Shown here in pieces: positions 55,805 through 64,000 of a DNA stretch of 64,000 nt. How positions within the stretch are numbered: the first letter of the stretch is position 1; every line of letters starts with the position of its first letter. The notes under the pieces are model-generated. The model was not told the origin of the DNA and did not search any database. It was given only the letters and a program-made list of their open reading frames with translations. Both the position numbers and the translations under genes were made by a program. Origin of the DNA: an uncultured Desulfobulbaceae bacterium (lineage in GTDB: Bacteria; Desulfobacterota; Desulfobulbia; Desulfobulbales; BM004); assembly GCA_945787325.1 (NCBI GenBank), contig CALZHP010000003.1, forward strand, positions 6,070 to 70,069, read 5' to 3'.

Positions 55805-56431
55805 ATGAAACACTTATTTTTTGCCAGAAGAATAACAACATTCTTTGTAATTATCTCTGCCTTGTTTGGGTTTTGCAGTGTGAGTGCATCATCTGATACG
55901 CCTTTGGATCAGATGAAAACATCTGTTGAAAAACTGCTTGAAATACTCAGCGATGATCAGCTGAAGACTCCTGAAATGCAGAGTGAGAGGAAAAAACGTG
56001 TTGTGAGTGTTGTAGATGGAATTTTTGACTTTCATGGCATGGCTCGAAGCTCTCTTGCAAAAGAATGGCAGAAAATCTCAGCTGAGGACCAGAAAGAATT
56101 TGTTGATTTGTTTTCAAAGCTGATTAAACAGAGATATATTGGTAAAATAGATGCTTACGACGGACAAAAAGTTGTATTTGGCAAAGAGATTATTCGCGGT
56201 GAACGTGCCCTTATCTATAGTACTTTGCAGGATAATTCAAGCAGCTACTCCATGGTATATTTTCTAAAAAAGAATCAAGATAAGTGGCTTATTATTAATA
56301 TGAAAATTGAAAATGTGAGTCTTGTAGCAAACTACAGAAGTGATTTTTCCAGCATAATCAGAAAGGATAAATATGCAGGGCTAGTTAAAATGCTTAAAGA
56401 TAAAGTAAGTGGGTTCAAGGAATCCTGGTAA
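55805..56431 (+). CDS. mlaC: Periplasmic lipid-binding protein MlaC (Ttg2D family)
   Basis: A signal peptide, then ...FDFHGMARSSLAKEWQKISAEDQKEFVDLFSKLIKQRYIGKIDAYDGQKV... Confidence 0.8.
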   Translation: MKHLFFARRITTFFVIISALFGFCSVSASSDTPLDQMKTSVEKLLEILSDDQLKTPEMQSERKKRVVSVVDGIFDFHGMARSSLAKEWQKISAEDQKEFVDLFSKLIKQRYIGKIDAYDGQKVVFGKEIIRGERALIYSTLQDNSSSYSMVYFLKKNQDKWLIINMKIENVSLVANYRSDFSSIIRKDKYAGLVKMLKDKVSGFKESW

Positions 56432-56434
56432 ATC

Positions 56435-56905
56435 ATGATATCCGATAAATCATCAATATGTTCTTCCTTATCCGAGGAAATCGGTTCAGTATTCAGTTTT
56501 TTAACAAATGAAGAGGTAGAGGATCTTTGCTGTTACCTCGAAATGAAAGAATGCTCCGCAGACCAAGTTTTGTTGAAACAGGGAGAAGCTGGTGAATATC
56601 TGGGCTTCCTTTTAAGTGGAAGGCTGGCAGTAAAAAAAGAAACAGGATTTCCAGGTAAGTACGTAATTCTTGCCATTCTAGAAGCCGGTACAATGGTTGG
56701 AGAAATTGCTGCAGTATTGAAATGGGCCCGTTCAGCAACTGTTGTAGCCCTTGAGGATTGCAAGTTATTAACCATGTCTGTTGAGAACATGGCACGGGTA
56801 AGCGAAGAAAAGCCAGCCCTTGCAATTAAACTGTATAAAAGAATTATTTATATAATCAGCCTTAGGCTGCGTAAATCCGGAGAAAGATTATCCCATTTGT
56901 TGTAA
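56435..56905 (+). CDS. Stand-alone cyclic-nucleotide-binding domain protein
   Basis: ...FLTNEEVEDL...LLKQGEAGEYLGFLLSGRLAV... and the phosphate-binding cassette GEIAAVLKWARSATVVA. Confidence 0.8.
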   Translation: MISDKSSICSSLSEEIGSVFSFLTNEEVEDLCCYLEMKECSADQVLLKQGEAGEYLGFLLSGRLAVKKETGFPGKYVILAILEAGTMVGEIAAVLKWARSATVVALEDCKLLTMSVENMARVSEEKPALAIKLYKRIIYIISLRLRKSGERLSHLL

Positions 56906-56958
56906 TTAGTAATTTAATTATCTGAATAGTCTCAGTTAATATATTTTTATTACGATAT

Positions 56959-56997
56959 GCCCCGTTTCCTTATGATCAGGAACGGGGCATTGTTTTT
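56959..56997 (+). terminator. Rho-independent terminator ending the mla cluster
   Basis: GCCCCGTTTCC-(9 nt)-GGAACGGGGC followed by ATTGTTTTT. Confidence 0.75.
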
Positions 56998-57189
56998 CAG
57001 ACATTGGTAGATCAAATATTCATAATTTCATGTATCCAACTGTTTCGTATAGAAAAAATAATATTATTAAATATAAAAGCTGATGAATTTATTCAATGTC
57101 AAAGTGTTAATCATACCCGGTAAGTTTAAATGTGTTGATAAAAGGCTGATTTTAGGTGATAGAGTTAATGGCTCTGTAAGTAAAATGAC

Positions 57190-57219
57190 TTGACAAGATT
57201 GGATGATTTTTCTTATAGT
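57190..57219 (+). promoter_or_regulatory. Sigma-70-like promoter for rpmF-plsX-fab operon
   Basis: TTGACA-N18-TATAGT, about 100 nt upstream of rpmF. Confidence 0.45.
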
Positions 57220-57322
57220 CAACGGCTATTTAAAAAATATTTTATTTAATGTTCACTACTGAAAAAGTATGCTTTCAGTAGAATAAAAAATCAACAATTA
57301 TAAGTTGTTAATGGAGGATATA

Positions 57323-57511
57323 ATGGCATTACCAAAAAGGCGTCACTCTCATGCGCGAACAAGAAAAAGGCGCTCTCATGACGCGCTCACCCCATCTTCG
57401 ATTGCTACATGCTCAAATTGCGGTGAACCTAAACTTCCGCACCGACTTTGCGGAGGATGTGGAACTTACAAGGGTAGGACAGTTATCAAACTGGACGATG
57501 AATTGAGCTAG
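57323..57511 (+). CDS. rpmF: 50S ribosomal protein L32
   Basis: MALPKRRHSHARTRKRRSHDAL... with a CxxC...CxxC zinc ribbon. SD GGAGGA. Confidence 0.94.
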   Translation: MALPKRRHSHARTRKRRSHDALTPSSIATCSNCGEPKLPHRLCGGCGTYKGRTVIKLDDELS

Positions 57512-57514
57512 GGG

Positions 57515-58573
57515 GTGACGGTGCATATTGCCCTGGATGTTATGGGCGGTGATCGAGGCCCCTTGGAGCTGGTAGCTGGGGCAGTGCAAGCCGTGCGCGA
57601 TTTCAGCCTGGAAGTAACACTTCTGGGAGATGAGGGTCAGATTAAGCAGGCTCTCAAACATCATTCAATTTCAGATTCCAGACTTCATACAGTCCACACC
57701 TCTCAGACTATTTCCATGATAGAACCCCCTTTTGAGGCGGTTCGTAAGAAGAGGGACGCTTCTGTTGTAGTGGCGTTTGAATTACTCAAGAAGGGTGAAG
57801 TGGACGCTGTTGTCAGCGCCGGAAATTCAGGTGCGACAATGGCTGCTGCAATAAGGAAGCTAGGCCGATTGAAACAGATTTCACGGCCTGGAATTGCGAG
57901 TATTTTCCCAACCCAGAAAAATCCCCTGGTGATGATGGATGTGGGTGCAAATGTTGATTGCCGTCCACAGCATCTGTTCCAGTTTGGGGTTATGGCGTCA
58001 GCGTTTTCAACAGTTTTATTAGGTATTGATAAACCGAGAATAGGGTTGTTGAGTATAGGAGAGGAAGGGGGGAAGGGAAACCTGTTAGTTAAGAATTCCC
58101 ATGAACTTTTTCAGAAAAGCTCACTTAATTTTATTGGCAATGTTGAAGGCAGGGATACTTTCCTGGGTGATGTTGACGTCATAGTTTGTGATGGGTTTGT
58201 CGGCAATGTGTGCTTGAAGGTAAGCGAAGGGCTTGCTGAAACAGTTCTTGCTATGCTTGGCGAAGAAATATCAAAAAGTTTTTCTGCAAAGATGGGATAC
58301 CTGCTGGCAAAACAGGCGTTTGCCAACTTTAAAAAACGTGTGGACTATGCCGAATATGGAGGAGCACCTCTCCTGGGTTTGAATGGTACCGGTATAGTTT
58401 GCCATGGTCGTTCCAATGCAAAGGCTATAAAAAATGCCATCAAGGTTGCAATTGAAATGGTTCGAAATAAAGTAAATGATCATATCATAGAATTATTGCC
58501 CGAAGACAACTTCACAGATGTTAATGGGCACCAGCAAGAGGAAGATGCTGAACTTCCGGTTGAAGGCTCATGA
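57515..58573 (+). CDS. plsX: Phosphate acyltransferase PlsX
   Basis: ...IALDVMGGDRGP...VDAVVSAGNSGATMAAA... GTG start. Confidence 0.93.
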   Translation: MTVHIALDVMGGDRGPLELVAGAVQAVRDFSLEVTLLGDEGQIKQALKHHSISDSRLHTVHTSQTISMIEPPFEAVRKKRDASVVVAFELLKKGEVDAVVSAGNSGATMAAAIRKLGRLKQISRPGIASIFPTQKNPLVMMDVGANVDCRPQHLFQFGVMASAFSTVLLGIDKPRIGLLSIGEEGGKGNLLVKNSHELFQKSSLNFIGNVEGRDTFLGDVDVIVCDGFVGNVCLKVSEGLAETVLAMLGEEISKSFSAKMGYLLAKQAFANFKKRVDYAEYGGAPLLGLNGTGIVCHGRSNAKAIKNAIKVAIEMVRNKVNDHIIELLPEDNFTDVNGHQQEEDAELPVEGS

Positions 58574-59568
58574 ACAGGGCGGTAATCATTGGCACAGGTT
58601 CCTGTTTACCCGAGCGGGTTTTGACGAATGCTGATCTTGAGCAGATAGTCGATACTTCGGATGAATGGATTACCACCCGAACAGGCATCAGTACCAGGCG
58701 CATAGCTGAGAGAGATGAGAGAACCTCCGCCCTGGCTACTAAAGCAGCACGCGAAGCACTAAGCATGGCTAATGTTTCTCCGAAGGAGTTGGACCTGATC
58801 TTTCTTGGTACAATTACCTCCGATATGGCAATGCCTTCCTGTGCCTGTCTTGTCCAGAAAGAACTCGGGGCGGTGAATGCTGCAGCCATGGATCTAAACG
58901 CTGCATGTTCTGGGTTTGTCTATGGTCTTGATATTGCTGAGAAGTATATTAAGAGCGACCCTTCGATGAAAATTCTTGTGATTGGCGCTGAAACCCTTTC
59001 AACGAGGACAAACTGGAAAGATCGTAATACATGTGTTTTGTTTGGAGATGGGGCTGGCGCGAGTGTTCTAACAGGTAGTAATAACGGAAGTGGTATTCTT
59101 TCCAGCAGGTTATATTCTGACGGCAGTCTTTGGCAGTTGCTCAGCATGGAAAGTGCACCACGACAGGTTTGCCCGGTACTTAACGACAATCCTGCTGATG
59201 CTGACAAGCAACATGACGGTTCATATATTAAGATGGTGGGTAAAGATGTTTTCAGGTATGCCGTGCGCTCGATGGAGCAAGCAGTTTTAAGCCAGCTCGA
59301 AAAAGAAGGTGTTTCCATCAATGATGTTAACCTGATGATACCTCATCAGGCAAATATACGTATTTTGCGGAGTTTGGTGGAAAAGCTCAACATTCCAATT
59401 GAAAAAGTATTCATTACTGTATCTAAATATGGTAATACATCTGCGGCGAGTATTCCGATTTGTATAGATGAAGCAAACCGATCCGGGAGACTTACTGAAG
59501 GAGATTTAGTCTTATTGTGTGTGTTCGGAGGTGGATTTACCTGGGGTGTAACTCTCATCAGATGGTAA
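58570..59568 (+). CDS. fabH: 3-oxoacyl-ACP synthase III FabH
   Basis: ...IGTGSCLPERVLTNADLEQIVDTSDEWITTRTGI..., active-site Cys context LNAACSGF, and ...HQANIRIL..., ...GNTSAASIP. Confidence 0.93.
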   Translation: MNRAVIIGTGSCLPERVLTNADLEQIVDTSDEWITTRTGISTRRIAERDERTSALATKAAREALSMANVSPKELDLIFLGTITSDMAMPSCACLVQKELGAVNAAAMDLNAACSGFVYGLDIAEKYIKSDPSMKILVIGAETLSTRTNWKDRNTCVLFGDGAGASVLTGSNNGSGILSSRLYSDGSLWQLLSMESAPRQVCPVLNDNPADADKQHDGSYIKMVGKDVFRYAVRSMEQAVLSQLEKEGVSINDVNLMIPHQANIRILRSLVEKLNIPIEKVFITVSKYGNTSAASIPICIDEANRSGRLTEGDLVLLCVFGGGFTWGVTLIRW

Positions 59569-59659
59569 CCATTTAATTCACGAATCTTTAATATTGACTT
59601 TAATATACTGTAAACGTTAAAAAAATGTAAACTGATGGCTAAAAGCCAGAGGAGAGACA

Positions 59660-60808
59660 GTGGATTATTTTTTAACCGAAGAACAACAGATGATTGTTGA
59701 GGTCGCCCAGCAGATTACCGATGAAAAAATTATTCCTCAGCGGGCAGAACTTGACGAAAAAGAAGAATTTGCTACAGAAATTCTGAAAGATATTGCCAAG
59801 GCGGATCTGTTCGGGCTCTATATCCCTGAAGAATATGGTGGGTATGGAGGTGGCTGCTTTGAGGTAGTACTGGCCCTGGAACAATTTGGACGGGGATGCG
59901 TTGCTGTAGCGACTAGTTTTGCCGCCAGTGCGCTCGGTGCGTATCCAATTCTGTTGTCCGGAAGTAAAGAAATGAAACAGAAGTATCTGCCTGATGTCGC
60001 CAGTGGTAGCATGAAGGCGGCTTTTGCCCTCACTGAGGCGAATGCTGGGAGTGATGCATCGGGAATCCAGACCACAGCGGTGCTTGATGGTGATGAGTGG
60101 GTCCTGAACGGTACTAAGCAATGGATTACCAATGCTGGGGAAGCACAGATTTATTCAATTGTTGCTATTACAGATAAAAGCAAGGGAGCACGTGGTGCTT
60201 CCATGTTTGTAGTCGAAGATACAGATCCGGGATTTTCTTACGGACCCAAAGAGAAAAAAATGGGTATCAGGGCGTCTGCTACCCGGGAATTGATATTCAA
60301 GGACTGTCGTATCCCAAAGGATCGTCTAATCGGCCGCCAGGGTATGGGTTTCATTACGGTCATGAAAACTTTGGATCTGTCTCGACCCGGTATAGCAATA
60401 TTAGGTGTTGGTCTTGGCCAGGCAGCCTTGGATGAATCCGTTACATATGCAAAGCAAAGGGTTCAGTTCGGCAAGCCGATCATTTCATTCCAGGCCATTC
60501 AACATATGCTTGCCGATATGGCAATTCAGGTTGAAGCTTCCCGGGCACTTGTATACGCAGCCGCTAAGCATATTGCAGCTCACCAGAAAGATATGTCAAA
60601 AGCTTCTTCCATGTGTAAAGTGTTTGCCACCGACATGGCAATGAAAGTTACTACAGATGCCGTACAGGTCCTTGCAGGGTATGGCTACATGCGCGAGTAC
60701 CCGGTAGAAAAAATGATGCGTGACGCAAAAATCCTGCAGATCTATGAAGGTACAAACCAGATCCAGCGGAATGTAGTTGGCCAGGAACTGAACAAAGAAT
60801 ACACCTAG
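59660..60808 (+). CDS. Acyl-CoA dehydrogenase (short-chain/butyryl-CoA dehydrogenase-like)
   Basis: ...FALTEANAGSDASGIQTTA...GTKQWITNAG... and the catalytic-base context ...AKILQIYEGTNQIQRNVV. GTG start. Confidence 0.9.
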   Translation: MDYFLTEEQQMIVEVAQQITDEKIIPQRAELDEKEEFATEILKDIAKADLFGLYIPEEYGGYGGGCFEVVLALEQFGRGCVAVATSFAASALGAYPILLSGSKEMKQKYLPDVASGSMKAAFALTEANAGSDASGIQTTAVLDGDEWVLNGTKQWITNAGEAQIYSIVAITDKSKGARGASMFVVEDTDPGFSYGPKEKKMGIRASATRELIFKDCRIPKDRLIGRQGMGFITVMKTLDLSRPGIAILGVGLGQAALDESVTYAKQRVQFGKPIISFQAIQHMLADMAIQVEASRALVYAAAKHIAAHQKDMSKASSMCKVFATDMAMKVTTDAVQVLAGYGYMREYPVEKMMRDAKILQIYEGTNQIQRNVVGQELNKEYT

Positions 60809-60822
60809 GAAGTCTAACTGTT

Positions 60823-61602
60823 ATGAATATTATTGTATGTGTAAAACAAGTTCCTGATGCAAAGGATGTTCGGTTGGACCCTAAGACCAATACCCTCTCC
60901 AGAGAAGGCGTGGAGAGCATAATGAATCCTTATGACCGCCATGCTCTGGAAGCAGCAGTTCAGCTTAAGGAAAACTATGGAGGCACTGTGACAGTTGTCA
61001 GTATGGGGCCGCCTCAAGCGGAAGAAGTCTTACGGGAAGCAGTTTCATGTGGTGCCGATGAGGCCGTGCTTGTTTCAGACCGGGCCTTTGCCGGAGCCGA
61101 CACCTGGGCAACTACCTACACCTTAATGAAGGCAATCAAAAAAATAGGTACTTTCGACCTCATTATATGCGGGAAACAGGCCATCGATGGTGACACAGCT
61201 CAGGTAGGCCCTGGCCTTGCACATAGACTTAATATCCCATTTGTGACCTGTATCAGAAATATAACCAATTGTGAGGATTCCCTTCTGAAGGCTGAACGCC
61301 TCATGGATGACGGTTATGATGTGCTTGAGATTCAACTTCCTGCTCTTCTTACCGTAGTTAAAGATATAAATGAGCCTCGTGTCCCTTCGTTGAAGGGCAA
61401 GATGAAAGCGAAGAAGATATCAATTACCTCTATGTCTGCTGAAGACATTGGCGCTAATCCTGAGCAAATAGGCTTGAACGGGTCAACAACACAGGTAGTT
61501 CGAGTCTTTTCTCCGGAACCCAGAGGCGAAAAAACGATGCTCACCGGTTCTGTCGCAGAACAGGTTGAACAGTTAATCGAAAAACTGGAAGCCATTCAAT
61601 AA
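60823..61602 (+). CDS. etfB: Electron transfer flavoprotein beta subunit EtfB
   Basis: MNIIVCVKQVPD...NPYDRHALEAAVQLKE... Confidence 0.9.
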   Translation: MNIIVCVKQVPDAKDVRLDPKTNTLSREGVESIMNPYDRHALEAAVQLKENYGGTVTVVSMGPPQAEEVLREAVSCGADEAVLVSDRAFAGADTWATTYTLMKAIKKIGTFDLIICGKQAIDGDTAQVGPGLAHRLNIPFVTCIRNITNCEDSLLKAERLMDDGYDVLEIQLPALLTVVKDINEPRVPSLKGKMKAKKISITSMSAEDIGANPEQIGLNGSTTQVVRVFSPEPRGEKTMLTGSVAEQVEQLIEKLEAIQ

Positions 61603-61608
61603 AAAGCT

Positions 61609-62802
61609 ATGTTGCAGATTAATATTGATGCCTGTATAGGTTGCGGTTTATGTGAGGAAGAGTGCACTTACGAGGCGATTTCGGTTGTCGATGGAATTGC
61701 TGAGGTTAATGATAAGTGCACCCTCTGCGGATCTTGTGTCGATGTTTGCGAAGTTGAAGCACTTCACATAGAGCGTGAAGAAAAGCAAGTCCAATCTGAT
61801 TTTGGCGATTGGTCTGGTGTCTGTGTTTTCGCTGAACACAGAAATGGCAGGATTGCGCCGGTGACTTTTGAACTCCTTGGCATTGGGCGTCAACTTGCAG
61901 ATGATTTGGAAGTCAAACTATCCGCAGTCCTCTTGGGCTCAGACCTGTCTGACAAAGCTTCAAAATTGATAGCCTTTGGCGCCGATACCGTCTACCAGGT
62001 TGATGATACTGCTCTTGAAGATTTTACAGATGATGCATATGGCAATGTTTTCGAAGACATTGTTCGTGAGCACAAGCCCGAGATTGTCCTTGCCGGGGCA
62101 ACAGCTATCGGACGTTCATTTATCCCCCAGGTGGCCACAGCCTTGGAAACAGGGCTTACTGCCGACTGCACGGAACTCGCAATCCGTAAGGAAGACCGAA
62201 CGCTTCTGCAAACCAGACCCGCGTTTGGTGGCAATGTAATGGCAACTATTGAGTGCCCATACAGCAGGCCCCAGATGGCCACTGTAAGACCTATGGTCAT
62301 GAAAAGCCTTCCTGAAGATCAGGGTAGAAAGGGTGAGATCATTTCGTATACACCGAAACCGGAAAGGCTGCAGTCCAGAGTTAAGGTCTTGAACAGTGTG
62401 AAAGAGGACAGGGACCAGATAAATATAACTGAAGCAGAAATAATAGTTTCAGGTGGCAGAGGTCTTGATGATGAGAAAGGATTTGCGCTCATAAGAGAAC
62501 TTGCAGATGCGCTTGGAGGTGCGGTCGGTGCCTCAAGGGCTGCTGTAGATTCAGAATGGATTCCTTATCCGCACCAGGTTGGTCAAACTGGTAAAACAGT
62601 GTGCCCTAAACTGTATATTGCTTGTGGTATTTCCGGTGCAATTCAGCATATAGTTGGAATGCAATCTTCTGACATGATTGTAGCAATTAATAAAGATCCT
62701 GATGCACCAATATTTGATGTGGCCACTTGTGGTATTGTTGGAGACTTGTTTGAAGTGGTCCCAATGCTTACCGAAAAGATCAAGGAGAGGAAAACATCAT
62801 GA
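61609..62802 (+). CDS. etfA: Electron transfer flavoprotein alpha subunit EtfA with N-terminal 2x[4Fe-4S] ferredoxin domain
   Basis: Two CxxCxxCxxxC motifs (CIGCGLCEEEC, CTLCGSCVDVC), then the EtfA core with ...IVSGGRGL... and ...YIACGISGAIQHIVGM.... Confidence 0.9.
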   Translation: MLQINIDACIGCGLCEEECTYEAISVVDGIAEVNDKCTLCGSCVDVCEVEALHIEREEKQVQSDFGDWSGVCVFAEHRNGRIAPVTFELLGIGRQLADDLEVKLSAVLLGSDLSDKASKLIAFGADTVYQVDDTALEDFTDDAYGNVFEDIVREHKPEIVLAGATAIGRSFIPQVATALETGLTADCTELAIRKEDRTLLQTRPAFGGNVMATIECPYSRPQMATVRPMVMKSLPEDQGRKGEIISYTPKPERLQSRVKVLNSVKEDRDQINITEAEIIVSGGRGLDDEKGFALIRELADALGGAVGASRAAVDSEWIPYPHQVGQTGKTVCPKLYIACGISGAIQHIVGMQSSDMIVAINKDPDAPIFDVATCGIVGDLFEVVPMLTEKIKERKTS

Positions 62803-63545
62803 GTCTGGCTGGGAAAATCGCTATGATAACCGGCGGCAGCCGTGGGATTGGCCAGGCTGTCTGCTTGCGTTTGGCAGAAATGGGTGCGGAAGTAGTAGTC
62901 AATTATGTGAGTCGACCTGATGCTGCTGAAGAAACATTATCAGCAATTAAAGGCAATGGTGGTATCGCGCACCTGGCTAAATTCAACGTTGCAGATGCCG
63001 AAGAGGTCCAAGAGGTTTTTAAAAAAATAACCGCGGATCATGGTACTGTCGACATCCTGGTAAATAATGCCGGAATTACAAAAGACGGCCTGCTGGCAAC
63101 AATGAAAGAGGAAGCCTGGGACGATGTTCTTGATATAAATCTTAAGGGTGCTTTTAACTGTACCAAGGCTGCTTGTCGGGCTATGATGAAAAAGAGGTGG
63201 GGCCGGATTATTAATATATCATCGGTCGTCGGCGCTTCCGGAAATGCTGGGCAGGCGAATTATGCTGCAGCAAAAGCCGGTTTGATAGGATTTACGAAAT
63301 CTGCCGCCAGAGAGCTGGCTTCACGCGGAATTACCGTAAACAGTGTTGCTCCGGGGTATATTGATACGGATATGACCAGCGATCTTTCTGAAGCAGTTAA
63401 AGAAAAGATTTTGAGTGAAATTCCATTGGGTGTACTTGGCGAAGGCAAGGATATTGCCGGAGCCGTTGCATTTCTTTCTTCGGAAGACGGGAGATATGTG
63501 ACCGGTCAAGTCATACATGTCAATGGTGGAATGTACATGATTTAA
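62799..63545 (+). CDS. fabG: 3-oxoacyl-ACP reductase FabG
   Basis: TGGSRGIG..., NNAGIT..., and YAAAKAG (the YxxxK catalytic motif). It overlaps the etfA stop by 4 bp (ATGA). Confidence 0.93.
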   Translation: MSLAGKIAMITGGSRGIGQAVCLRLAEMGAEVVVNYVSRPDAAEETLSAIKGNGGIAHLAKFNVADAEEVQEVFKKITADHGTVDILVNNAGITKDGLLATMKEEAWDDVLDINLKGAFNCTKAACRAMMKKRWGRIINISSVVGASGNAGQANYAAAKAGLIGFTKSAARELASRGITVNSVAPGYIDTDMTSDLSEAVKEKILSEIPLGVLGEGKDIAGAVAFLSSEDGRYVTGQVIHVNGGMYMI

Positions 63546-63635
63546 TATATACCATTAGAGATGAATGTTTTTTGCAAATGGTTTGCTGAAACATTTACGA
63601 GAAACCTAAGCACTATGTAATTAAGGAGAAGAAAC

Positions 63636-63863
63636 ATGTCGGCAGAAGAAAAAGTTATCGGTATTATTGTAGAGCAATTAAGCGTAGAAAAAGACAAAGT
63701 TGTGCCAAGCGCTTCCTTTGTTGATGATTTAGGAGCAGATTCACTTGATCTCGTAGAGTTGATCATGGCTATGGAAGAAGCTTTTGACATTGAGATACCA
63801 GATGAGGTCGCTGAGAAAATTACTACCGTTAAAGACGCTATTGATCACGTCCAGGCAGCCTGA
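63636..63863 (+). CDS. acpP: Acyl carrier protein
   Basis: ...[30 protein letters not shown]... with the phosphopantetheine Ser in DSLD. Confidence 0.96.
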   Translation: MSAEEKVIGIIVEQLSVEKDKVVPSASFVDDLGADSLDLVELIMAMEEAFDIEIPDEVAEKITTVKDAIDHVQAA

Positions 63864-63986
63864 TATTTAAGATAAAAGAAGACGTTTTGCATGAATCGTC
63901 AGTTTTTTTATGGTTGTTCAATTTCTGTAATAACCACTCTCTGCAATGAATGGATATGTGTGTAAATGATTTCATGGGAGAACAGG

Positions 63987-63999
63987 CATGAATAGAAGA
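63987..63999 (+). CDS. fabF: Probable start of 3-oxoacyl-ACP synthase II (FabF), only the first 4 codons are in the window
   Basis: ATG AAT AGA AGA (MNRR), preceded by GGGAGA. FabF typically starts M-x-R-R-V-V-V-T-G and follows acpP. This call rests on position only. Confidence 0.4.
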
Positions 64000-64000
64000 G

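Noticed and set aside
1-63999. Search for CRISPR arrays, IS elements, integrases, prophage or defence islands, toxin-antitoxin pairs, tRNA/rRNA and pseudogenes
   Set aside because: No spaced direct-repeat arrays, transposase- or integrase-like ORFs or RNA gene signatures were seen. All flagellar, che, mla and fab ORFs appear intact and tightly packed, so the window looks like core genome rather than an accessory island.

Overview
The window has four blocks, probably from an anaerobic, Gram-negative, delta-proteobacterial-type (Desulfobacterota-like) organism. That lineage call is inferred only from gene content and order. No rRNA, tRNA, CRISPR array, transposase or integrase was seen.

(1) 1-37.6 kb, minus strand: a nearly complete flagellar regulon. 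It runs fliD' - flaG - fliC | fliW - csrA - flgL - flgK - flgN - flgM | flgJ(rod-binding only) - flgI - flgH - flgA - flgG - flgF | orf132 - fliA - flhG - flhF - flhA - flhB - fliRQPO - fliNM - fliL - motBA | flgE - orf128 - flgD - fliK - ylxF-like - fliJIHGFE - flgCB. An 812-830 aa secreted AMIN-like/TPR protein heads this last operon. The core gene order resembles the Bacillus fla/che operon, but L- and P-ring genes are present.

By eye I found three sigma-28-type promoters (fliC, flgM, cheA) that share the same spacing. I also found one textbook sigma-54 promoter in front of motA. The fliC leader carries GGA elements that fit the CsrA/FliW partner-switch model.

(2) 38.1-50.6 kb, plus strand: a chemosensory operon, cheA - PstS-like binding protein - mcp - cheW - cheR - cheB - cheD - HDOD - cheY - cheX - CheC-like/pseudo-receiver. 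This is the most unusual part of the window.
- CheA and the MCP each carry the same seven-cysteine CW-containing module. It is inserted in the first Hpt domain of CheA and in the HAMP connector of the MCP.
- CheA also has two Hpt domains.
- CheA has a tandem MshEN/T2SSE_N-like motif (a candidate c-di-GMP site) where P2 normally sits.

(3) 50.6-52.1 kb, minus strand: an orphan sigma-54 enhancer-binding response regulator.

(4) 52.4-64 kb, plus strand: two clusters.
- An Mla lipid-transport cluster, mlaE-F-D, an mlaA::SPOR fusion, mlaC, and a cNMP-binding protein where MlaB would be.
- An rpmF-plsX-fabH-[acyl-CoA dehydrogenase-etfB-ferredoxin::etfA]-fabG-acpP-fabF' cluster. Here an ACAD/ETF triad occupies the usual fabD position, and etfA overlaps fabG by 4 bp.

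All functional calls rest on recognisable motifs in the supplied translations plus synteny. No database search was possible.
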